A program made the translations under genes and the position numbers. A stretch of 64,000 nt of DNA from Podarcis cretensis (Eukaryota), in the NCBI GenBank assembly GCA_951804945.1, contig OX638160.1, positions 53,506,001 through 53,570,000 of the forward strand, written 5' to 3'. The first letter of the stretch is position 1. Each line of letters begins with the position of its first letter. Under the pieces are notes generated by a model, which was not told where the DNA came from, did not search any database, and was given only the letters and a program-made list of their open reading frames with translations. Shown piece after piece: positions 10,382 to 23,424 of this stretch.

Positions 10382-12727
10382 ATAGCACATACTCAGTTGG
10401 TGGAATTCATTGCCGTAAGAGGCAGCGATGGCCGCAAGCTTAGATGGCTTTGAGAGGGAGAGGTCTAAGGAAGTCTGTGACTGCTAGTCATAATGGCTGC
10501 TTGCTTCATCCAGGCAATGAGGAACAGCCGTGGGAGAAGACTGCTGCCTTCATGTCCCGCGCAAAGTTGGCTCAGCTTTTTAGGCAGGGTGAGGCCACTG
10601 CCTCAGGTGGGAGGAGCCACCCAAATGGCATGCCTGCGGGCACCCTGCCTGCCACACTGTCTCCGCCAGCAGCCAAGAAGCGATGCCACCAGCAGCACCA
10701 TTTTGGGGCAACCCAGCCCCCCTGTCTGATACTCTGCTAGCAGCAACTTATGGAAATATATTGAGAAGGCACTCGCTGAATGCTGCAATCTGTCTTGAAT
10801 CCGAAGGCTGGCAAGGAGTGAAACTATATATATAGCGGCTAGCATTGGTGCTCTGTGTTCCCTCAGGCGAAATGGCACTAAATTGTGGGCGTGTTTTGAA
10901 CAATGAAAGCCAGTTATTAGCAAGGCCGTTCTCTACTTACGTGTGCAACGTGTATAGTATTTAAAATACATTAATACTAAATGATCATGATCACACAGAG
11001 GTAATACTTGGGTATAGGTGGACCAAACATAAAAGCAATAGTTTTCTCTAGCACTCAAGAGAGGAAGCCAGAGCAGAAATTCAGATGCTGGAATTCCATA
11101 CTGTATAGCTTTGCCTTTAGGTCTAAGGACACTGCCTTGTGTTTGCAGATGGCTGAACTGATATGACTTCTGCTTTCGGTTGTAAGGGCATTGCATGCTT
11201 GTGTCGCTGGACTGGCCCTTCCAGCTGTGCTTTATGTTTGCCTTAGAGGGAATTCCACTGACAAGGATTGCAGGCTGCAAACCATCTGACTCTATCTCTA
11301 GAGGCTAGAGAAGAAGGTAGCTGACAGAGGGCTACCAGCTGGTGGGAGCTGTAGTTCAAAACACCTGGAAGGTCTCAGTTTGGGAAAAACTGCCCTAAGT
11401 CATTACAAATAAAAGGTGTGTCAGAAGTGTTTGCTAGGCACAACATCACGAATATTATAGCTGAATTTGTGTGCTGTGTCTTGGCCTTCTTGTTACATCC
11501 ATTTTGACTTTCTAAAATTTCATCCCTTGTGGAAATTCAGGGACACTTATAAAGCAGGCACAAATATCAGCTTCTTGATGAGTCTCTTTTAAGTTTTTAC
11601 TCTCAGGATTGAGATATATAATTGCTCCTAAATGCCTGTTAACACGCACACAAGCACAGCTGCATGACCGCACAGACATACAGAAGCAAGTGCAGACCAC
11701 TAATTTTTAACCTAAAAACATTTTAATTTAAAATTGGATGGGACATATGATATGCAGGCTGGAAGAAGTTTATTTATTAAATCAAATAAATAAAAAGTAC
11801 TCCATGATATAGCCAGCAAAACTTCATTATCCAAATTTCAATTAACCTAAATGTTATGCTAATTTTTTTGCAAAGAGCATTCCAGAAAGTCTCAGAATTG
11901 GATTGGAAAGGATCTGAGAGTTAAGGCTTGGGGCACATTGAGATTCGTGCTTTGCCTGCTCTCCTTTGACATCATAGAGACGATCTTGCCAAGAGCTGGA
12001 TGTCAGTATGAAGAGAATCATCTCCAGGACCAAAACAAGTTGTCACATTTATTAATGAGTCACTGTTTGCTGTGGCCTCTCACACAATTTTAGGAACACC
12101 TCCAAAACATCCAGCCTCATGCTGAATTTTTAAGCCTTCCATTACAGTATGGGGGGGGGGGACATTTTTCACAGCAAACACCCACACACACAAAATACCC
12201 GTCCCTGTCTAACTATGTGCATTGTACCATTATTTGGCTGGCGAACTACATTGCAAAATTCAGAAAAGTGTGGATTTTGAAGGATGGCTTTGATTTGGTT
12301 CAATGAATTATTTTGAAAGGTGCGAATTAGGTAAATTCGCCTTTAAATGTGAACTGAGTTGAATTTCTCCCCGACTCTACTTGTGATCCTTCTATTCACA
12401 TTTATTCAGAAAGAAGCCTCACTGAGTTGTATCTGAGTACGGTCTCAGAATGGACCCATTATAACTAAGCTAGTGATGTCCATTAATGTCAATCAATCTG
12501 CTGTGAGTATGATTAACATTGAATACAACCCACTGTGTTCAGTTGGGTTTACACTTGAGCAACTGTGCATTAGAAAGTACTTAGATGTGGATCATTGTCT
12601 TTAGAAGTCTTGTCGTCTTCAAAACATGCACCACTTACATTCTTGTAGTGCTTCAATCTTACAAAAGACATTCCATAAATTAAGTCAGGTCACATTTGTA
12701 CTTATGTAAAATACAAAATAATCTCTT

Positions 12728-12894
12728 AAAGGTAAAGGGACCCCTGACCATTAGGTCTAGTCGCGGACTCTGGGGTTGTGGCGCTCATCTCACTTTATTG
12801 GCCGAGGGAGCCGGCGTACAGCTTCTGGGTCATGTGGCCAGCATGACTAAGCCACTTCTGGCGAACCAGAACAGCGCATGGAAATGCTGTTTAC
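12728..12894 (-). mobile_element. Sauria SINE, 5'-truncated
   Basis: aaaggtaaagggacccctgaccattagg... is the reverse complement of the (ACCTTT)n-tailed SINE 3' half. Confidence 0.85.
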
Positions 12895-14245
12895 TTATAT
12901 CTAACCAAAACACAAGTGCCATTGCTAAGTACCTTGAAAAAATAGGTTGCTTCTCTGGATTCCTTAGTGTAGATCAGAATGCCTGTCTTCAGGTCTATAC
13001 TGGCCTCTGATTGTAGAACAAGCTGTAGGTGGAATGGTAAAGATCAGAAAACAGAACATAAACTGTAATCTGTACTACAATACATGAGACAGAATTTTTA
13101 GACATGAAGAAATGACAGTGATATGTAAACTATAGTATGGGGGAGCCAGGCAGACACATGGCAAAGGCTGATCTCAGGCTACATGGCTCGTGCTTCAGCC
13201 TGCACAGTTGGATAGGACAAAACCTCAATGGTTCAAGGAAACTCCATTTTAATGTACAAAGCTTGCCTTTGTGCCCCACGGTGCATGTGTGATGACAAGC
13301 CTCTCTCTGAAGCTGTTACGAACATATCCTCAGGTAAGAAACGGCAATAAGTAACAGAAATATAAAGAGGTCTGTGCATTTAGAATTCAGCCTGCCGAGG
13401 TCCTTGCAGCTTACTTCTTAAACGGATCTCTTTTCCCAAAAGGAAAAGGATGGTTCTGGTTTTGGAAGAAAGATGAGTGTGCACGGGTCTGTAGTGCTGC
13501 AGACACAGAGAGTGCAGATGGGTATTCCTCCCTGAAAGCAGTAAACACACAGCATTCTTTTGTTCCGTGATAAATTGCTGCTGCATTTGTGGTTATATGT
13601 GCTTCAGTTAGGAGAATAAAAAAGGATTGGCTTCTTCCTGTGATATCATGAACCTGTCATCTCACCCCAATCTCCAAAAGAGTTGGCTATTCCCGCCCCT
13701 GCCCCCCGGGGCATGAGTCATAAACACACTTACAAACATAGATGTGCCATTTAAAAACAATACTAAAATAAATGGCGGATAGGCTGCATGACTCACAAGG
13801 GGAAGACATGGGGCTGATTCAGCATTTGATTACCTACTGTGCTCATTACAAGTTGAAACTCCGGGGTTGGGGAGCACATACAGCAATCAATGAAGCCTCA
13901 GAAAACTTTTTTCTGACCTTCGTCCACTCAATGGTTGTGGGAGGACAAGGGTTGCAGCAGGCCCAGCTTCGACACGCATGCATTCCTTTGAATGTATAAC
14001 TGTACACGTAGAGTGCTCTCTCCATTCAGAAAAAGCAGAGTTTTGATCACGCAGGGGAAAGCCTGGTGCTCCTAGCAGGGCTGCAAATGAATCCACAGAG
14101 GTCAGAAGTGAAGACAGCATTTGCCATCCTGTTTTCACCTCCTCTGTGCTTCAGTGAAGGTCTAAAAGGGGGTGGAGAAAGCTCTTGAAACTATGCCTCA
14201 GCCGTCATCTAGAGTTCCTTTTGTTACCTCTTCCTTCTTTTACAA

Positions 14246-14383
14246 CAGTGCTTCTCAACCTGTGGGTCTCCAGATGTTGTTGGACTACAAGTCCCTTCAT
14301 CCCTGAGCTCTGGCCTTGCTAGCTAGGGGTGATGGGAGTTGTAGTTCAACAACATCTGGGGACCCACAGGTTGAGAAAGACTG
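14246..14383. mobile_element. Palindromic hAT (Charlie/MER5-like) MITE
   Basis: CAGTGCTTCTCAACCTGTGGGT ... ACCCACAGGTTGAGAAAGACTG long inverted arms; degenerate 8-bp TSD. Confidence 0.8.
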
Positions 14384-14391
14384 CTTTACGA

Positions 14392-14712
14392 CATGGGTAG
14401 CAAACTAAGGCCTGGAGCCCAGATCCAGCCCAATTGCCTTCTAAATCCAGCCTGTGGACGGTCTAGGAATCAGCATGTTTTACATGAGTAGAATGTGTCC
14501 TTTTATTTAAAATGCATCTCTGGGTTATTTGTGGAGCCTGCCTGGTGTTTTTACATGAGTAGAATGTGTGCTTTTATTTAAAACGCATCTCTGGGTTATT
14601 TGTGGGGCATAGGAATTCGTTCATTTTTTCCCCTTCAAAATATAGTCCGGGCCCCCCACAAGGTCTGAGGGCAGTGGTCCAGCCCCCTGCTGAAAAAGTT
14701 TGCTGACCCCTG
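14392..14712. mobile_element. hAT MITE (same family as 6435 and 52801), inverted, with an internal tandem duplication
   Basis: CATGGGTAG...GACCCCTG; TSD ctttacga/ctttacgc; segment tttacatgagtagaatgtgt...gggttatttgtgg occurs twice. Confidence 0.82.
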
Positions 14713-15860
14713 CTTTACGCTTACGTACTCACAGCTCTGGTGACCAGCACGCAGCGAACATACCAGAAGCACTTCTAATGTACACACATCAGAGTTAGTG
14801 GCACTGAATTCCACAAAGCATGGACGGGAGAACTGGGTTTCCAACTGTTAGGGGACAGGCAGGGGACACAAGGGAATCATGACTGCCCACACTTCCCTCA
14901 TACCAGCTTGCTGTGCCTCTTATCAGTTTTGAGGATACCTCTCTCCTTCCTACTTGGCCTCAAGCCTGTCCAGCTGGTGAGCCACCAGCCTGAATTCAAT
15001 CTGTCAGGCATGGATTGCCATTCCTCCTTTCCCTCCATCTCCAAGGAAGTAAGAGATTTGTCAGAGCCTCGACTGGGCTGCATTAGTCAGCCCCAACTGT
15101 GCAGGCCCCACTCTCTGGTGTTTGAGCACAATGCACATCAGTACATCAGAATCAGCACATGACCTCAAAGCATGCTTGCTGCATGAAGTATACCTTGGTT
15201 CTAAGACAAGCTTTGTATGGAAACATTTGATGAACAGGATTGGCTTAGATTTCATTTTTGACTTTAGCTCTATTCATTCAAAGCAATTATCAAGAGGTGG
15301 CTTTCAAGTAAAAAAGATACACTATTTTAAAAACACAGTTTAATAACAACTGCTCTAATTGTCTCTAGTGTGAGCCCATTCCACCTACTTGAAAGGCAAG
15401 GTAACCTCATCCCTGAAAACCATCCTATTAGTGAGGCTACCATTTCTTTAGTTATTTTCTGCTTGATAACCTCCCTCCCCGAAACCCTTAATTAGGTCTC
15501 TTATCTAGCTCTCTGAAATCCAGTACAGGTTAAGAGCTGGTTTTACAGCTGGTCAAATTAAAAAAAACCAACAACCAGCATGGTTGAATTTCAGAGGGAG
15601 CTTTAATAATCTCGTACAAATCCCTTCCTCCAATCTTGCTCTGTTCATTCAAGTGGGCTCCTTGCATTTCTGCAAGTAAGCGAGGCTGGTAGATTGCCTG
15701 AAGTAGCTCTGAGTAAAACCACATCCAAACAACCTCAGTAAGAGGGCGCCCATCAAAAAGCAATGGGGTTTGTATTCATATGTTCAGTCTTTTGATTTCA
15801 TTACACATATAGAGTGGTTGGGGTGCTAAACCTGTTCCTGGAATATATTGCAAGGGTATA

Positions 15861-16218
15861 AAGGTAAAGGTAAAGGGACCCCTGACCATTAGGTCCAGTC
15901 GTGACCGACTCTGGGGTTGCGGCACTCATCTCGCTTTATTGGCCGAGGGAGCCGGTGTACAGCTTCCGGGTCATGTGGCCAGCATGACTAAGCTTCTTCT
16001 GGCGAACCAGAGCAGCGCACAGAAACACCGTTTCCCTTCCCGCCGTAGCGGTACCTATTTATCTGCTTGCACTCTGATGTGCTTTCTAACTGCTAGGTTG
16101 GCAGGAGCAGAGACCGAGTAACGGGAGCTCACCCCATCGCGGGGATTTGAACCGCTGATCTTCTGATTGGCAAGTCCTAGGCTCTGTGGTTTAACTCACA
16201 GCGCCATCTGCGTCCCTG
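15861..16218 (-). mobile_element. Sauria SINE, full length
   Basis: 15-bp TSD tattgcaagggtata at 15846-15860 and 16219-16233; tRNA-like A/B boxes and (ACCTTT)n tail on the minus strand. Confidence 0.92.
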
Positions 16219-17155
16219 TATTGCAAGGGTATAGTGCATTTTGAATCAAACCTTTATTGTTACAGTCAGTGACCAGCATAAAAAAGCAAAACAAAAACAC
16301 ATAATCCAGATATGTAATTTAGAGGAAAAGAAAGTAAAGAAAAGAAGCATAGAATAAAGTAACTAATCACCTCTTCTTCCCTAAGTCACCTCTCCTTGTC
16401 ACATGATCTCTGTCACATGATATCAACAGCTGGCTGCTCTGAGCTATAATGAACTCTTCGACTTCTCAGACGTATGGGAAGGAAGAGGGTGTCTTGTGTG
16501 GTGTTAAGAGCACAACACAGATCTGAAGGCAAGTGCCAGAAGAGCCAAAATACTGCTTGCTCCTTCGTGGAAAGGGGCTTCAGAAAATATATTTTCATCG
16601 CAGAATTCTGCTTTATTACAGGAAGATTTATATATACAAAAGGATGCCACACCGTGTGTTGCCAGGGCAGCTGTGCCTGAGGGCAGTTCAACAGATGAAG
16701 CATCGTTATAAAGTTGAGGGAGCACCACCCAATGGATTTCTGACTTGGCATGCAAACGCTTATTTAGGCAGATCAGTGGGAACAGGGTACACCAGAGCTT
16801 CCTAAACTTTTCATGTTGGTGACACACTTTTTAGACCTGCATCATTTCGCGACACACTAATTCAGTTTTACTAGCAAACCAGAGGTTAAACAAACCCCTT
16901 TGCAGCCCCTGGAGGAGCGTGGAGAGTGTTTGCGTGACACAACTACACACTGCAGCCAACACACAGTTTGGAAAGCTCTGGGGTACACCTTTGAATACAT
17001 AAGAAGGGCTCTGCTGGAGCAGACCAATTGCCCACATTCTCAAGCATCCTGTAGCCCACTACAGCCAACCAGACTGTCAGGATCTACGCTCGGCCAAGCT
17101 GATAAAGCTCATTTTCCTCCAGCTGAGTCTTTCGGAATCGCCTCCAACGTGATTA

Positions 17156-17642
17156 TCGTATTTTTCGCCCTATGGGACGCACCGACCCATAGGACGCACC
17201 TAGATTTTTTTTTGGGGGGGGGGAATAAAGGGGAAAAAAATTATTTTCCCCCCCCAGGCGCGGGGCTGGGGTGGGGGAAGCCCAAGCTTCCCCCTCCCCC
17301 AGCCCCCAGAACGGGACCCAGAGCAATGTCGAAGCTGCGTGAAGCTTTGGCATCGCTCTGGGAGCTTGTGGGGCTGGAGGAGGGGGAAGCCCTCCGCCAG
17401 CCTTCTAACCAAGTCGGGGGACAGCGGGAAAGGCGCGCTGCGCCTCTCCCACTGTCCCCCCAGTTTGTGGGGCTGGCGGTGGGGCTCTCCTGAAGCCTGG
17501 AGAGCGAGAGGGATCGGTGCGCACCGACCCCTCTCGCTCTCCAGGCTTCAGCGAAAGCCTGCATTCGCCCCATAGGACGCACACACATTTCCCCTTCATT
17601 TTTGGAGGGGGAAAAGTGCGTCCTATAGGGCGAAAAATACGG
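17156..17642. mobile_element. Tc2-like MITE (inverted relative to the 487 copy)
   Basis: TA|(T)CGTATTTTTCGCCCTATGGGACGCAC ... GTGCGTCCTATAGGGCGAAAAATACGG|TA. Confidence 0.85.
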
Positions 17643-20321
17643 TAACGACCTGAGCCTTTGATGAGGCCTCAGGCACATTCCCACCCAGCAGAGAATCAAA
17701 GCAGCACACGGAAGTGATGAGATTTATGGCTACATTGCAAAGAGTTTTATTTTCCTAACTACGCAGATGAAAAACACATCCTCTCTCTGTGAGAGCAGAG
17801 AGCAACTGAACAACAAAGGAACAAAGGAACAGGAAACCACTAACGTCACATCCGTCTCCTGTCTCCCGTGAGACTTCCAGCAGTATGGAATGTATGGAAT
17901 GTAAACAGAGTCTTGTGACTCCAAAGCACAGCTCAGTGGCAAACAGAAACTAACACAGACGCCCGTCAGAAGCCCACAAACAGGGCGTGAAAGGCAATAG
18001 TCCTGTCATGCTGTTAATCCCCAGCACCTGGCACCGACAAAGGCATACTGTCTCAGAAATCTGGTGGATGCATATAGCCATAATGATTCATAGCCATTGG
18101 TGGCTTTTTGCCCACATGAAATTGTCTGATCCCCTTTTAAAAAGCATCTTTTGCCAGCCCTGGCTCTCTAATAACTCTCCCCATTAGTGCAGATGAAAGG
18201 TCCCACTTCCATCCATCAGATGCATATTCTCATACGGCAGCAGCTTCTTATGTGGATCCCAGTGGATTACTAATCAAGGGGCATGGCTGTCTTTGGAAAA
18301 GGAAAAATGGGAGAGGGAAGCTGCTAGTTGCCAAAGCTTCTTTATTCCATAAATTAAATGTTGGGGAGAACAGCAGTTCAATGGTAGAGCATGTGATTTG
18401 CCTGCAGATGATCCTCAGTTTAATCCCTGGCATCTGCAGTTTAAAGGATCAAGCAGCAGCTGCTGGGAAGTACCTCCACCTGAGACCCTGGCAAACACAG
18501 CCGGCCCTACCATTAGGCAAAGTGAGATTATCATCCCAGGCAACAAACACCAGGGAGGGGGGAGACAGAAGCAGCCCTCAGCTGTTGCTTCTAAGCCCCC
18601 CAGGTATTTCCCTGTTGCCACTTGGCCTGCCCTGCCCCAGGCTGGCCTGCTGTCTCAGGTGCAGCAAAAGGATGCTATAATCTCAAAAGTGTACAGTGCA
18701 GTCATCTTCTATATGTGGAATGAGGAGATGCCACCTTTATATCTTTTGCCTCAGGCAGCAAAATGTGTTGGGCTGGCCCTGCTGGAGAACCACTGGCAAT
18801 CAAAGCATACAGTTCTGGGTTAGATGGAGAAATAATCTGGAACCAGTGTGCCAGGCCTCACCCCCTAAGCAAGACAGAGGGTTTTTGCTGTCCAGCATGT
18901 TTACAGGGATCTGGGAGGCTCTTAGGAGGCTCCTTTGGAGCCCAGTAAGCAAGGCAGAGAGCTTAAAAGCTCTTTCCACGCTGGGAAAACCCTGCACAAA
19001 AAGAGCTTTTAATCTCTCCACCTTCCATGCATTTAATGTGTGCGATTTCAACTGGCCAGTCCTCAGCTGCATAAAAGTTGAAACTGCACGTGTTAAACGT
19101 GTGTACATTGTGAGTTATCCGCACTCTTTGGTCGTGCTGCTAAGAGATACTTAACAGACCTGGCTTGAGGCGTTCCTGGCTGGAAGCATTAAGTTAATGG
19201 CATTAACTTTAGGAATCTCTTTTGCTAAAGAACCCCAGCTTAGAGACGTGAAACCACAGGCTCGGGAGGGGGACACCCCAAGGTGGCATCCAGACTGATA
19301 GATGTACACCCCAAATCCTGTAGCAAAGCAACCATTCTTCTTCAGGGGCAACAATTGCACAAAGCCACACAAAAGCAAAAGTTTGCCTGGCTGAATTAGT
19401 GTATTGACATTCGCCCTGAGGAAGATGATAGCTCAAATCTAAAAGTGCACAGGATTATAGGATCAATAATTTACAGCGCCCAGTGGCTCCCTCCCTGCCC
19501 CTCACACCCTCCCCATCCTTCCTGATTCAGAGACAGTCACACAGGACAAAAATATGTGCAAAGAACAATCCTTTGCCATGGCCCCAGAGATGGTATACAG
19601 ATGTGCTTTTGATGGAGGAGAGCCTTTCTTCTGTACTGTGCAGGAGTGATGAGGATTAGCCATAGATACACCCTGTTCCAACTGAAAGATGTGACTCAAG
19701 AAGCACAGTGCATGGAATTTACAGAATCAATACCTGATCATGACCAGATGCTTCCTGTCTCTTTTGTGTCAGTAGACTCTACTGCTAAGAAGCCTTCCCT
19801 CTTTTTTCTTCTATTTCTGGATCAGGACCATGATAAATTAGACTGCAGTTCCACACACACTTATTTGGAAGTAAGCCCCATTGAACTCAGGTGGGCTTAC
19901 CTCTGAATATTTTTATTTTATTTATTATTATTATCATCATCATTATTCCTTTCATTTTTATACTGCCTTATATCTTAAGAAAAAGTCTCAGAGTGGTTTA
20001 CAACACATTAAAACATCAAATAAATCAACCCTGAACAAAGTCAAATATAAGGTATACATTCAAAACAACATAATTAACGGGAAACTAAAATATTACCTTA
20101 AGGATTTCAAAATAAAACATTACAAAGGAGGGCAACCAAAATATGCACGTTTAACGCAGCAAAATCAACAACAGAAAATTATCTTAAAGATTTCAAAAGA
20201 AATCATGACCTAAAGAAGTCAAATAGAAATTGCACATTTAAAACAGCATAATTAGCAAGAGAATAAAATATTATCATAGGCATATAATATATCTGCTGCC
20301 AATCCTGCCAGTGGTGGTTCA

Positions 20322-20467
20322 CAGTGGCGTAGCGTGGGGGTGCAGGGGGGGCCGGCCGCACTGGGCGCAACATCTGGGGGTTAGGGTTAGGGGGCGCAAA
20401 TCCACGGGTTAGGGGGCGCAAATTACTTGCCTTGCCCCGGGTGCTGACAACCCACGCTACGCCACTG
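20322..20467. mobile_element. 146-bp hAT MITE containing TTAGGG repeats
   Basis: Perfect 17-bp TIR CAGTGGCGTAGCGTGGG; perfect 8-bp TSD GTGGTTCA at 20314-20321 and 20468-20475. Confidence 0.9.
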
Positions 20468-21208
20468 GTGGTTCATGGCAGGCAACAGCTGCAGAAGCTC
20501 AGGCCCAATGACCTGGGTCTGCACTAAGAGACAGCCAAGCTGGTCTCTGACCTTTTCAGCAGCCTGAGCTTTTGTAGCTGGAGTCAGTCTGGGCCCCGCC
20601 CACCCAGGCCAGGTAGAAAAAGGCCTGCAGGGCATGGAGCTTATTAACGTTTATTTTTAAAAGTTGCTATCCATTCCTGCCCTTTAAGATACTCTGAATG
20701 CAGATATGATAAACTAAGGTATGCTGCCCAAGTACATCCGTTCTTAACATCACATCTGCAGCGACTAGATGTTCTAGGATTGAAGAAAGAGGGACAAAGT
20801 TAAAAACTGGATCACTTGGGCTATATTTTTTATAGTATAATCTAATATTGTATTCATTTATTACAACTATGTACAACTATGAAGCCAATTGCAAATCAAA
20901 TCATGATTACAGCAATGCATATGACACAGGGTTGTGTTTTGAGAGGCAGTTATGATTTGCAAACAAGGAGATCTTTTTCTCAGCTGAGCTGTAGTGTATT
21001 CTTTTAGAAAATAAAGAGAAAGTAAACCATCCCATTGGGGGTGGGGGGGGGACCAGGCGTAGGTCTGTGGATTCTGCACAGTTGTATTAAGACTGGAGGT
21101 TTGTGAAGTACTGTAAGGCTGAGACCTGTTTGAGCTTTGCGAGAGGTCACTTGGATGCATGGAAACTATTGATATTCTGTAATTAAATTATTTCTGTTCC
21201 TCTGACAG

Positions 21209-21309
21209 GCACAAACGCTAAACATGGACTGCGCTGCAAGGCATGCAAGCTGAGCATTCACCACAGATGTGCAGAGAGCATTGGACAGCAACGCTGCATG
21301 GGCAAACTG
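21209..21309 (+). CDS. STAC: STAC coding exon 3 (GTNAKHGLRCKACKLSIHHRCAESIGQQRCMGKL; rest of C1 zinc finger)
   Basis: tctgacag| acceptor, |gtaagg donor; 101 nt; completes the phase-1 Gly codon from exon 2; Cys/His spacing of a C1 domain; missed by the ORF track. Confidence 0.97.
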
Positions 21310-22752
21310 GTAAGGCAGTAATTGGATAATTATATGTATATATAGAAGGCAGTAATTGGATCAAACACAGCCACAAACCAGACTGGGCAAGAGATATGGC
21401 CTAGCAGGTCCCACCTAATGTCTTGGCTGAATTGAAGAAACACACAGTGCTTAGAAAAAGATAATCTATCAAGAAACTTATTCTAGGCACAGATTCAAAA
21501 ATCATACTCTGAACATGCCAATTCTAAGAAATATAGACTCTTACAGGCTCAGTTAAACAAGAGTTGTTGCTTTTCAGACAGGGCTAAAGCAGGGATGGCT
21601 TCAGGACTGGGCATTGTTGGACATTTGCCAAGGCCCATATTATCCCATAGTCTAGGCCCTACTTATCCCATAGTCTCCAGCTGCCCCCCAAATGCTGGGA
21701 CCCATGCTGAAAACCCTTAAGCCATCATAGCTTCTCACTTTGTCATGCAGAGTCCCAGATTCCCAAATGCAAGCCTTTCCTACCGCCAACGGCCCAAAAA
21801 AACCCTCAAATCTTTCTCCACCTTTTCTTTCATTGCTCCTTCCATCTCTTGGCCAGAGAAAGAGCAAAGTAGCAACTTACTTTGGGTTCTCATTTGCACA
21901 CTCTTGCAAAGCTGCTCAGCAACATTGCGCACAACGGGGATGGTCTGCTCTGTGTCCAAGCCTCTTAGGTCCCTGCCCCTATTTCTTTGCATTGCTCCCT
22001 TGCCTTCCATTGCCAGTTTCATTTGGGAACCTGAAGTGTCACCTCTGTGTGTAGCGAGCATCCTCTTTGGCTTCTGCTTTGAGAGAAATGCAGAGATCTG
22101 ATCCTGTAGCTTGGCTCTCTCTGTGGCTTAAAATGAACTGGACTAGATTCCTAGAGAGGAAGGGGGGTTGAGGAGATGGGGAGGGGTCCTCCAGAGCAAA
22201 AACGCCTCCCTTCAAAACCCCTTCCTGCCTGGCTACTCCTGTGGATGGGGAAAATGGCATTTATCTTCCCCATGAGCTAAATTGATTTCGCCTTCTGAAA
22301 TCCCATTTTGTCTCCCCATTTTGTGCACTTGGGTGCAGCTGATCCATCCAGGATTCACCACACCACAGAGTGGTTTTCGCTGGCAGAAAAGAAACACCTA
22401 CTGCTTATACAGGGGATCTGCTTTGCATAATTAGTACCTAGTTAGTCAGATCTAATTTATTTGCTTTATAGCCTTAGACACCAAGTGAAGCATTTTTATA
22501 CACTAGGCTCTTAAATCTTCTAATTCTGGCTGGTCTTTTTTTATTAGCTGTTTTGTATTTCTGGGTTATTAATGATGTTTTATTGGCACAATTGAGCATA
22601 AAAGCTTGCCACCCCACCCCACCCCCACAAAAGAGGACATCTACCAGGAAGGGGAAGCCTTCAAAATATTTCCAATTAAAAATGAAACATACTTCCCCTC
22701 AGTATGAATGCTAAAGTCCAAAAAATAATTTATATATTCTTATGATCTGGAT

Positions 22753-23185
22753 TAGTGATGTATGGAAGTGAGAGCTGGACCATAAAGAAGGCTGATCGCC
22801 GAAGAATTGATGCTTTTGAATTATGGTGCTGGAGGAGACTCTTGAGAGTCCCATGGACTGCAAGAAGATCAAACCTCTCCATTCTGAAGGAAATCAGCCC
22901 TGAGTGCTCACTGGAAGGACAGATTGTGAAGCTGAGGCTCCAGTACTTTGGCCACCTCATGAGAAGAGAAGACTCCCTGGAGAAGACCCTGATGTTGGGA
23001 AAGATGGAGGGCACAAGGAGAAGGGGGCGACAGAGGACGAGATGGTTAGATAGTGTTTTCGAGGTTACCAGCATGAGTCTGACCAAGCTGCGGGGGGCAG
23101 TGGAGGACAGGAGTGCCTGGCGTTCTCTGGTCCATGGGGTCACGAAGAGTCGGACACGACTAAACGACTAAACAACAACAACAAC
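22753..23185 (+). mobile_element. Bov-B/RTE LINE 3' fragment
   Basis: ORF MYGSESWTIKKADRRRIDAFELWCWRRLL...HGVTKSRTRLND; (CAA)n tail; 11-bp TSD atgatctggat at 22742-22752 and 23186-23196. Confidence 0.93.
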
Positions 23186-23424
23186 ATGATCTGGATCCCA
23201 TGCAGATCCAGCAACAGGAAGGAACTTACTCTGTTCAGTTTCAGCTTTGCAGTAAAAAGTAAAGTTGCCCCAGTAAAGCAGGAATAGGGAACATGTCATT
23301 GCTGTTGAACTCCAACTCCCATCATCATGATTGACTCTGTTGGTTGGGACTGATGGGAATTTGAGTCCAACGACCTTGGGAGGGCCATAGGCTCCTGACT
23401 TCTGCACTAAAGAATTAGCGGATA

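Noticed and set aside
16900-17699. 197-aa and 152-aa ORFs
   Set aside because: They run through a GC-rich MITE with few stop codons; no recognisable domain or splice structure.
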